Source: a bacterium
GTDB lineage: Bacteria; Krumholzibacteriota; Krumholzibacteriia; LZORAL124-64-63
Length of the DNA: 64,000 nt
Assembly: GCA_024231905.1 (NCBI GenBank)
Contig: JAAEQC010000102.1
Location: 80,033-144,032, forward strand
Direction: 5' to 3'
Numbering within the stretch: position 1 is the stretch's first letter; each line of letters begins with the position of its first letter. The notes beneath the pieces were generated by a model. The model saw only the letters and a program-made list of their open reading frames with translations, made no database searches and was not told the DNA's origin. Position numbers and translations under genes: made by a program. This document shows positions 56,501 through 64,000 of this stretch, piece after piece.

Positions 56501-58443
56501 AGACGCTGCTGACGGTCCTGATGCTGGGGACGCTCCTTTCGCCCGCTACCCTGCTCGCGGAATCTCCCCGTTGGCCCGGAGGCACCGTCGAGGGCGAGGA
56601 ACCCGTCTGGCTCGCGCCGGGGTTGGTCAGCACCGGTGTCTCCACCCGGGACTGCGCCATGTCCCCGGATATGGACGAGCTGTGGTTCTGCATGGCGACG
56701 CCGCGCTACACCTACGCCGTCATTTGCGTCACCCGCCGCGTGGACGGCGCCTGGACCGAGCCGGCGGTGGCGGAGTTCTCCGGTGACCCGCGCTGGATGG
56801 ACATCGAACCGGCCATGTCGTCGGACGGGGCGCACCTGTACTTCATGTCCACGCGGCCGGACGTGGGGGACGACGAGCCCGGCGACGCGGACATCTGGGT
56901 CGTGGACCGCCAGGTGGACGGCTGGAGCGAGCCGCGCAATCTGGGCGCTCCGGTGAACACGGAATTCCGGGAGACCTTTCCGTCGCTGACCGCCGGCGGC
57001 ACCCTCTACTTCGGCCGTGCCGACAGCACGAATCGCGTGGACACCATCTGGCGCGCCCGACCCGCCGACGAAGGTTTCGCCGAGCCCGAGCGTCTGCCCG
57101 CCCAGGTGAATGCCGGCCGCACCCGCTTCAACGCCTGGGTCGCGCCGGACGAGAGCCGACTCATCTTGGCCACCGTGGGGCTGCCCGGAGGCCACGGCGG
57201 AGCCGATTACTTCCAGGTGGACCGCGGATCCGACGACACCTGGTCCGAACCGGCCAACCTGGGCGGTCTGCTAAACGCCGGCAAGGGCCGGGGCTGGTCG
57301 CCCTACGTGACGCCCGACGGCAAGAGCTTCGTCTTCATGACCGCGCGCCGCACCACTTCGGTGCCCTGGCCCGCCACCTGGAGCGCCCTGCAGGGAGCGC
57401 GCAGCGGCCCCGGGGCCGGGCAGCCAGGCATAGCTGTGGTCGGCGCGGCCGTGCTGGAGTCGCGATCTCCGGCCGTGGACCAACCGCAGATCCCCGCCAT
57501 ACCCGCGGCCTACGACGCTCCCGCCGGCGCCTGGGCCGGCACCCCGGAGCCAGGTGACGAACCGGAAATCTTCGCGCCCGGTTTCGTGAGTACGGGCATG
57601 CTCGAGCGGGACCTGGTAGTTCATCCCGGCGGTCGCGAACTGTGGTGGGGATTCATGGAGGGTGGCGAGGTGAGCGTCCTGTCGAGCCGCCTGGAGGACG
57701 GCCGCTGGACCGAGCCCGTGACCGTGCCATTCCACACGGACCGGGAGTTCGCCTGCTTCGAGCCGTGCCTTTCGGCCGACGGCCAGCGCGTGCTCTTCCT
57801 GTCCAATCAAGCCGCACCGGGCCAGGAACAGGGCCGCGGTTGGGCCAACCAGAACATCTTCGAGTGCCGGCGTACGGCCGACGGCTGGAGCGAACCTGCT
57901 GCCCTGCCCGCGCCGATCACCACCGCCGGCTTCGAGTACTTCCCGTCCCTGGCCACCGACGGCACCCTCTACTTCAGCCGTGAGGGCGAGGACGGCGTGG
58001 TCATCTGGTTCGCCGAACCCGTCGGCGACGGTTACGCCGAGCCGGTGCGTATGCCGGAGACGGTGAACGTCACCGCCAACGTCTACAATGCCACCGTGGC
58101 CCCGGACGAGAGCTGGCTCGTGTCCTGCGTGGCCGGCCACGATGGGAACCTGGGCGCCGCCGACTACTGGATCAGCTTCCGTGGTGAGGATGGCGCCTGG
58201 CTGCCGGCGGTGAACATGGGGCCCCGTTTCAACGGGGAGGATTTGCGGGCCAGCAGCGTGGCCCTCTCGCCCGACGGCGAGTTCTTCTTCTTCAGTTCGA
58301 GCCGCCGCACCGGCGGCGAGCCCTTCCCCTCGGGCCGGGTCACCCGCCAACGCCTCCTGGAGATGCACGACAGTCCGGGGGAGGGAAGTTCGGACCTCTG
58401 GTGGGTGCGGGCGCGGGTGCTGGAGGAGTTGCGGCCGGAGTGA
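56497..58443 (+). CDS. Secreted protein with two tandem PD40/TolB-like beta-propeller repeat modules
   Basis: Signal peptide. An internal duplication of ~300 aa (…LYFMSTRPD…/…VLFLSNQAAPG…; …TLYFGRADS…/…TLYFSREGEDG…). Confidence 0.6.
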   Translation: MKTLLTVLMLGTLLSPATLLAESPRWPGGTVEGEEPVWLAPGLVSTGVSTRDCAMSPDMDELWFCMATPRYTYAVICVTRRVDGAWTEPAVAEFSGDPRWMDIEPAMSSDGAHLYFMSTRPDVGDDEPGDADIWVVDRQVDGWSEPRNLGAPVNTEFRETFPSLTAGGTLYFGRADSTNRVDTIWRARPADEGFAEPERLPAQVNAGRTRFNAWVAPDESRLILATVGLPGGHGGADYFQVDRGSDDTWSEPANLGGLLNAGKGRGWSPYVTPDGKSFVFMTARRTTSVPWPATWSALQGARSGPGAGQPGIAVVGAAVLESRSPAVDQPQIPAIPAAYDAPAGAWAGTPEPGDEPEIFAPGFVSTGMLERDLVVHPGGRELWWGFMEGGEVSVLSSRLEDGRWTEPVTVPFHTDREFACFEPCLSADGQRVLFLSNQAAPGQEQGRGWANQNIFECRRTADGWSEPAALPAPITTAGFEYFPSLATDGTLYFSREGEDGVVIWFAEPVGDGYAEPVRMPETVNVTANVYNATVAPDESWLVSCVAGHDGNLGAADYWISFRGEDGAWLPAVNMGPRFNGEDLRASSVALSPDGEFFFFSSSRRTGGEPFPSGRVTRQRLLEMHDSPGEGSSDLWWVRARVLEELRPE

Positions 58444-58461
58444 CCGACGACGGGACCGCCG

Positions 58462-60306
58462 CTAGCGCCGCCCGCCCCGCCGCGAGACTTTCGTCCAATC
58501 GATGGCGAAGACCGTCGTATGCTCACCGTCCAGCACCGGTGTCAGGTAGGGCCGTCGGCGCAAGGCGTCCCTCTGCAGCACCGGCGCCCGTTCGAAGGGC
58601 CAGTGGTCGGTGGCATGGAGGTGGGTTACGCCCAGGTCCCGCAGGGCGCGCACCCCGGGATTCCACCAGCCCCGGGCCAACCCTTTGACCGCCTCGCGGT
58701 GGTCGAAACCCTCGTCTTCGCCCAGGATCCAGTTGGCGCCCATGAGGAAGCGTCGTCCCGACAGGTGCATGGCCCAGCAGCTGCCGTTGTTGCGCCAGTT
58801 GGCCACCACCGCGTCCTCGGCCACGACCTCGGCCAGGTCCCGGGCCAGGCGGGCGTCGTCGTCCAGGAAGTAGACGTCACCCGCGGCGGCTGGTCCCTGG
58901 AGTCGCCAGACCGCGGGGGTGGCCAAGAGCGCGACGAGCAGGACCGCGACCAAGGGCGTCCGGCGGCCGGGCACCTGGGCCAGGCGCCAGGTCAGCGTCG
59001 CTACCAGGGGCGCCAGCAGCAAGGCCAGCGGTGGGAAGAAACGGGTGTGGACCTGGTACCAGGGCTGGCTGAGGACCATGCTCACCGGGTCCTGCCAGGC
59101 GCCCAGGGCCACGCTGAGCGCGCCCAGGAAGAGGGCGAAGCCAGCCACCGGTCGCGTGGCGCGGCCGAGTAATCCGGTCAGCAAAGCCACGACGACCACC
59201 ACTTCGAGTCCCCACCAGGCACCGACGCTGCGGGCCACCAGGCGCAGGCATTCGCCGAGCGGCAGCAGGTCGTCCGGATTGAGTCCGCGCTCACGGTACA
59301 CGCCGGCCGCGGGCACCAGGTCCCAGACCGTGACCAGCAGGAAGGCCGCCAGGGCGAGGCCCGCCGTTCGCCAACCGCGAGAGCCGGCGCGGCGGACACA
59401 GAGTGCGGCCAGGATCACCGCCATGACCGTCCAGCTGGCGTGGATGAGCAGCAGGCAGGCCAGGCCCAGTCCCGCTAGGATCGCCGCTCCGTTCCGACCG
59501 GATCGCAGGGCGCGGGCCAGGGCCAGCACCGGCAGGACCAAGGCGAACATGGCCACGAATTGGCCCAGTCCGCCGTGGCCCGGGATGGCAGCGGTGATGT
59601 CCCCGGCGCCGGGCACGAGGAAGGCCGCCAGCACCGCCGTGGGGGCGGCGAAGCCCAGGCGGCGCCACACCAACGCCAACGACGCCGGCAGCAGGGCCGC
59701 GGCCAGGGAGGGCAGGAGCCAGGTGGCGGTCCAGGCCGGCAGCCGGCTCCACCAGGCGACCAGCGCCGAGGCCGCGTGCCAGCCCGTGAAATAGGGGCGG
59801 GACGGTTGGCCCCAGGGCGGGGCGAAAATGGCGTCCGGCGACGTGTGTCCGGTCTCCAGGATGCGCCAGGTCATGAAGGCGTGGTTGCCCGCGTCGTGCC
59901 GCGAGGCGGGTACCGGCAGGTCCGCCTGCAGGGCGACCAGGACCGCCGCCGTCAGCAGGCAGGCGGCCAGCACGGCCAACCATTGGCCCGGGGCCAGGTC
60001 GCCGTCCTCGCCCAGGAGATCGGCCGCCGTGGCGCGGTAGGCCGGCCAGCGGCCGAGACCGAAACCGGCGGCGGCCGCCAGGGCGAACCAGGGCCAGGGC
60101 AGGAGCGGCAGACCCAGGTGACCGCCCAGGAGCCCGGCGCCGGCCACGGCCAGGAAGCCCGCCGCCATGGAGAGCACCAACCGCGCCGGCAACGAGGCGC
60201 GAACGTGGCGGCCGAGGAGCCACCAGCCCGGCAGTCCCAGGACGAGGGCCGCACCCGACAGGGTCTGCACCCAGACGATGGGGTCGGTCAACGGGTGGGC
60301 GCTCAT
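58462..60306 (-). CDS. Large polytopic membrane protein, possibly a GT-C-fold glycosyltransferase, with C-terminal periplasmic domain
   Basis: About 12 predicted TM helices over 450 aa, then a soluble ~160-aa tail. RBS GAGGAG. The rest of the 1299-aa ORF is an antisense artefact. Confidence 0.55.
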   Translation of the reverse strand: MSAHPLTDPIVWVQTLSGAALVLGLPGWWLLGRHVRASLPARLVLSMAAGFLAVAGAGLLGGHLGLPLLPWPWFALAAAAGFGLGRWPAYRATAADLLGEDGDLAPGQWLAVLAACLLTAAVLVALQADLPVPASRHDAGNHAFMTWRILETGHTSPDAIFAPPWGQPSRPYFTGWHAASALVAWWSRLPAWTATWLLPSLAAALLPASLALVWRRLGFAAPTAVLAAFLVPGAGDITAAIPGHGGLGQFVAMFALVLPVLALARALRSGRNGAAILAGLGLACLLLIHASWTVMAVILAALCVRRAGSRGWRTAGLALAAFLLVTVWDLVPAAGVYRERGLNPDDLLPLGECLRLVARSVGAWWGLEVVVVVALLTGLLGRATRPVAGFALFLGALSVALGAWQDPVSMVLSQPWYQVHTRFFPPLALLLAPLVATLTWRLAQVPGRRTPLVAVLLVALLATPAVWRLQGPAAAGDVYFLDDDARLARDLAEVVAEDAVVANWRNNGSCWAMHLSGRRFLMGANWILGEDEGFDHREAVKGLARGWWNPGVRALRDLGVTHLHATDHWPFERAPVLQRDALRRRPYLTPVLDGEHTTVFAIDWTKVSRRGGRR

Positions 60307-60404
60307 GGTGCTCCTCGAGGAGGTGAAAGAGGATCGAGAGTCGAGGATAGCCCCGGCCGCTGCGGTCCTCAACTGCGTTTTCGTTTGACGGTGCCCCGCC
60401 CGGA

Positions 60405-60420
60405 CCGGATCATGATCCGG
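60405..60420. promoter_or_regulatory. Perfect 16-bp palindrome CCGGATCATGATCCGG in divergent promoter region
   Basis: Centred in the 174-bp gap between two divergently transcribed polytopic membrane protein genes. Confidence 0.3.
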
Positions 60421-60480
60421 CGTCGGGACGGGCCCGGCGCACCGCAACCGGGGAACGACGCCGTGCGCCATCGCTTCATC

Positions 60481-62112
60481 ATGACCGGGACTGTGCTGCT
60501 GTGCGCGCTCCCTCCCTTGGCGGAACTGGTGGCCAGGGGCTGGACCGTAGCCCTGCGCTACTTCGCCGGCGACGCCTATCTCTACCTCACCGTGGGCCGC
60601 AACCTGGCGGCCACCGGCCGCTTCACCATGGACCAGGTCCACGCCACCAGCGGCTTCCACCCTCTGTGGCAGCTCGTCATGGGCCTGCTCCACCTGGTGG
60701 CAAATCCACTCGGCCTGGGCAAGCCCGCGGTCATCGTCCTGGACTTTCTGCTCTGCCTCGCCCTGGTCGCTGCGGGACTGGGGCTGGTGCTGCTGGCCCA
60801 CCGGCGGGCCGAGGGACGCTTGCCGGTCCTGGTGCTCCTGTTGCCGGTGGGCGTCATGGGACTGGTCCTGGCGGACTACGATTCGGCCTTCGGGCCACGG
60901 GGAGCCCTGTGGGGCTACGTCAACGGCATGGAGAGCGGCTTGACCTTGCTGGGCTACGGTCTGCTGGCCGCGGTGATGGTGCGAACCGGCGCCGGATCCA
61001 CACGCCGCGGCGCCCTGGGCATCGGCCTGGTCCTGGCCTTCCTGCTGGTCGCCCGCCTGGACAACGCCTTCCTGGTGGCCGCCTACGCCGGCGTGCTCGG
61101 CCTGCGGGCTCTGCTGCGCCGGGACACGCCGGCCATCCGTCTGCTGGCTTGGCAAGGGGTGCCGGTGGTCCTGGTCCTGCTGCTCTACTTCGCCGGCAAC
61201 CTGGCCACCACGGGCCTGCTCATGCCCGTGAGTTTCCTGGCCAAGTCCGGCGTCTCCCTGGCGGACAAGGCGGCCGAGGTTCGCCGGGCCCTGGACGAGA
61301 ACGTCCTCATGTTCCAGTGGCGGTACCTGCAACTGGTGGTGCCCCTGGCCGGCGCTCTGGTGGCGCTCGTCCTGCTGCGGCGCACCTGGCGTGAAAAGCA
61401 GCCGCGCCCCCTGAATCTGGTCTTCCTGGTGACGGCCGTCGCCACCGTAGCCACCGGTCTGTACCACCTGCTGCACGTACCCACCCTGGCCCAGGGCCAC
61501 TGGTATTTTCCGGTGCCGGCCCTCTTTTTGACTTGGTTCCTGGTGGACCGGCTCGATCACCGGCGGCTGCGGCCGGTGCTGGACGGCTGGCCGGCGGCGG
61601 CCGCAGTGACGGTCCTCACAGGGTGGATCTTCGTGACCGTCTACGTGGGTTCGGCGGCCTGGGGCCCGGGCATCTACGAGCGTCTGCTGACCAGCGAGGC
61701 GGACAGCCTGCGCGCCCACTATGGGGACACGCCGCCCCGGATCCTGTCCTACGAGGACGGTATCCTGGCCTACGCCACCGGCTGGCCGGTCATGACCGGC
61801 CGCGGCTACCTGCTGGACCGGGAAGCGGTGGCGGTGTTCCGGGACGACGAACGCTCCCTCTTCAAGCTGGCCCTGGACCGGGGCTTCGACCGGGTGACGG
61901 TCTCGCCCTTCCACAACAAGAGACCGCGTTTCACGCAGCGCTCCCGCTCGCGGCAACTGGCCAGCGTCCTGTCCGCGCGGCTGCGCCTGAGCGCCACCGA
62001 GGCCCGCGGCATCGGCTTCGCCGTGGACTACATCTCCGCCGACGGCCAGTTCGTGATCCTGAAGATGGCCCCGGCCCGTCGCAGGGCCCAGGGCGGACCG
62101 AGGGGCAAGTAG
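60481..62112 (+). CDS. Large polytopic membrane protein (second GT-C-like candidate) with C-terminal soluble domain
   Basis: First periplasmic loop RYFAGDAYLYLTVGRN (Asp-containing loop as in GT-C enzymes). About 11-12 TM helices. Confidence 0.55.
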   Translation: MTGTVLLCALPPLAELVARGWTVALRYFAGDAYLYLTVGRNLAATGRFTMDQVHATSGFHPLWQLVMGLLHLVANPLGLGKPAVIVLDFLLCLALVAAGLGLVLLAHRRAEGRLPVLVLLLPVGVMGLVLADYDSAFGPRGALWGYVNGMESGLTLLGYGLLAAVMVRTGAGSTRRGALGIGLVLAFLLVARLDNAFLVAAYAGVLGLRALLRRDTPAIRLLAWQGVPVVLVLLLYFAGNLATTGLLMPVSFLAKSGVSLADKAAEVRRALDENVLMFQWRYLQLVVPLAGALVALVLLRRTWREKQPRPLNLVFLVTAVATVATGLYHLLHVPTLAQGHWYFPVPALFLTWFLVDRLDHRRLRPVLDGWPAAAAVTVLTGWIFVTVYVGSAAWGPGIYERLLTSEADSLRAHYGDTPPRILSYEDGILAYATGWPVMTGRGYLLDREAVAVFRDDERSLFKLALDRGFDRVTVSPFHNKRPRFTQRSRSRQLASVLSARLRLSATEARGIGFAVDYISADGQFVILKMAPARRRAQGGPRGK

Positions 62113-63882
62113 ATGGCCGGACTGCACGCCCTCGACTGGACCATCATCGCCGTCTACGTGGTGGTGACCGTGGCCCTGGGCCTGGCCTTCCGCAAGCGGG
62201 CTTCGCGCTCGGGCGCGGACTACTTCCTGGCGGGCCGCTCCCTGCCCTGGTGGGTCCTGGGCACGAGCATGGTGGCCACGACCTTCGCCGCCGACACGCC
62301 CCTGGCCGTCACCGGTTTCATCCGTAACCACGGCATCTGGTACAACTGGTTCGGCTGGCACTACGTGGCGAGCCAGATGCTGGCGGTCTTCCTCTTCTCA
62401 CGCTTCTGGCGGCGGGCCGAGGTCGTGACCGACAACGAGCTTATCGAGCTGCGCTACAGCGGCAAACCCGCGGCCTTCCTGCGGGGCTTCAAGGCCAGCT
62501 ACTTCGCCGTCCTCTATAATTTCATCGTGCTCGGCTGGGTGCTCAAGGGCATGGGCACCGTGGCCGAGTCGGTGCTGGGCGTGGATCCGGAGACGGCGGT
62601 GATCGTCGGCGCGGCCCTGGCCCTGAGCTACGCCCTGCTGGCCGGATTCTGGGGCGTGGTGATCACCGACGTGATCCAGTTCGTGCTGGCCATGGCGGGC
62701 TCCATCACCGTGGCGGTGCTGGCGGTGCGCCACGTGGGTGGGGTGGAGGAGTTGAAGGCGCGACTCCTGGACTCGCCTTTGGCCGACGCCAACACGCTCG
62801 CTTTCATCCCCGGCGGCGGACTGGGTTGGGACAGCGATCTCTTCAAATTCGTGGTCTTCGTCTCACTCATGTGGTGGGCCAGCCATAACGCCGACGGCGG
62901 CGGCTATCTCATCCAGCGCATGGCCGCCGCCCGGGACGAGCGTCACGCCCGCGCCGCGACCCTCTGGTTCGTGGTGGCCAACAACGCCGTGCGCTACTGG
63001 CCCTGGATCCTCACGGGTCTGGCTTCCCTGGTCATTTTCCCGACCCTGGCCGAGGGGCAGAACGAGGAGGCGGCCTACCCGCTGGTCATGCTCGAGGTCC
63101 TGGGACCGGGGCTGCTCGGCCTGCTGCTGGTGAGCTTCTTCGCCGCCTTCATGTCCACCATCGACACCCATCTGAACTGGGGCGCGAGCTACCTGGTGAA
63201 CGACGTCTACCGCCGCTTCCTGCGACCGGACGCCTCGGAGAAGGAGACGGTGGTGGCGGCCAAGATCGCCGTGGCGGCCATGATGGCCTGCGCGGTGGTG
63301 GTGGCCTTCAGTCTCACGAGCATCGGCCGGGCCTGGCTCTTCGTGTGGGCCATGGGAGCGGGCATCGGGCCGGTGCTGATCCTGCGCTGGTTCTGGTGGC
63401 GCATCAACGCCTGGAGTGAGATCGCGGCCCTGGCCACGTCGGTGCTGCTGGCGGTGGGTTTCGAGGTGGTAGCGGCGGTGCAGTCCGGCGCCGGGTACGA
63501 ACTCTTCGCCACGCCGATCCGGGTGGGGGGCATGGCCCTGGAGACCCACCACAAAGCTCTCATCCTGGTGCCGGTGACCATGGTCGTCTGGTTCGCCGTC
63601 ACGCTGATGACGCGTCCGGTGGACCGGGACCGGTTGGCGGACTTCCACCGCCGCGTGCGACCCGGCGGCGCCTGGGGGCCGGTGGCCGCGGCCGCACCGG
63701 ACGTGCGCAGCGACGGCCTGGGGTGGGACGTCCTGCTGGCCTGGTTCGGGGGCTGTGCGGGTGTCTTCGGACTCATCTTCGGCCTGGGCAAACTGCTGCT
63801 GGGGGAGCCGGTGGCGGGGACGGTCCTGCTGGCGGTGGCCATGGCCGGAGGGGCGCTCGTGGTGCGGGAGCTTCGGCGTTAG
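62113..63882 (+). CDS. Sodium:solute symporter (SSS/SLC5) family transporter
   Basis: 589 aa. An SSS signature region (…GRSLPWWVLGTSMVATTFAADTPL…) and 13-14 TM helices. ATG directly after the upstream TAG. Confidence 0.85.
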   Translation: MAGLHALDWTIIAVYVVVTVALGLAFRKRASRSGADYFLAGRSLPWWVLGTSMVATTFAADTPLAVTGFIRNHGIWYNWFGWHYVASQMLAVFLFSRFWRRAEVVTDNELIELRYSGKPAAFLRGFKASYFAVLYNFIVLGWVLKGMGTVAESVLGVDPETAVIVGAALALSYALLAGFWGVVITDVIQFVLAMAGSITVAVLAVRHVGGVEELKARLLDSPLADANTLAFIPGGGLGWDSDLFKFVVFVSLMWWASHNADGGGYLIQRMAAARDERHARAATLWFVVANNAVRYWPWILTGLASLVIFPTLAEGQNEEAAYPLVMLEVLGPGLLGLLLVSFFAAFMSTIDTHLNWGASYLVNDVYRRFLRPDASEKETVVAAKIAVAAMMACAVVVAFSLTSIGRAWLFVWAMGAGIGPVLILRWFWWRINAWSEIAALATSVLLAVGFEVVAAVQSGAGYELFATPIRVGGMALETHHKALILVPVTMVVWFAVTLMTRPVDRDRLADFHRRVRPGGAWGPVAAAAPDVRSDGLGWDVLLAWFGGCAGVFGLIFGLGKLLLGEPVAGTVLLAVAMAGGALVVRELRR

Positions 63883-63900
63883 CTGGTACCTATGATATTG

Positions 63901-64000
63901 TCAGTCAACGATATGTGCGGCCTGCCTCAAGTTGAACCAGAAGACTGACCCCTCGCCTTCGGTGGAGTCGACCTCCAGGGAGCCGTCGTGTTCGGCCACG
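63901..64000 (-). CDS. C-terminal end of a histidine kinase (HATPase_c), 3' partial at the window edge
   Basis: Reverse translation …VAEHDGSLEVDSTEGEGSVFWFNLRQAAHIVD*, a typical HK G2-box tail. Confidence 0.4.
   Translation of the reverse strand, partial: VAEHDGSLEVDSTEGEGSVFWFNLRQAAHIVD

Noticed and set aside
1-64000. CRISPR arrays, rRNA, tRNA, IS elements, integrases, phage or restriction-modification genes.
   Set aside because: No short regularly spaced repeats, no transposase/integrase/recombinase-like translations in any frame, and no structural-RNA signatures. This looks like core chromosome rather than a mobile island.

Overview
This window is a very GC-rich chromosomal segment. Antisense shadow ORFs are therefore common and were discounted. 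I support about 50 protein-coding genes, several hairpin terminators, a few promoter-like or operator-like sites, and no rRNA, tRNA, CRISPR or obvious mobile element.

Stops and starts are very often fused as ATGA, TAGTG or similar 1-4 nt overlaps, so most genes sit in translationally coupled operons.

The content is housekeeping and central metabolism (alaS, GTP-PEPCK, glutamine synthetase, fused LeuCD, an aminotransferase, a transaldolase/FSA-family enzyme, DinB), cell envelope and exopolysaccharide functions, signalling proteins, and secreted or outer-membrane proteins. The giant C25 (gingipain-like) protease ends in a T9SS-type C-terminal sorting domain, which suggests an FCB-superphylum-like, high-GC host.

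The most unusual element is a two-gene respiratory module at 52264-55136: an octaheme hydroxylamine-oxidoreductase (HAO)-family cytochrome c paired with a 3-TM hexaheme membrane cytochrome. It sits behind an atypically AT-rich, palindrome-containing upstream region.

Other candidates worth a second look:
- an orphan bifurcating-type NuoE/NuoF/truncated-NuoG flavo-FeS module at 480-3641;
- an AsnB-like/ACP/acyl-CoA ligase triad at 24211-28034, next to the giant protease;
- an HcnABC/opine-oxidase-like three-subunit FAD/[2Fe-2S] oxidase at 37184-40049, divergent from glnA;
- an HD-GYP phosphodiesterase at 13651-15003, translationally coupled to a 640-650 aa protein of unknown function at 15003-16955;
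- a PNAG-like exopolysaccharide locus in non-canonical gene order at 42131-46240;
- several shared or palindromic non-coding motifs.
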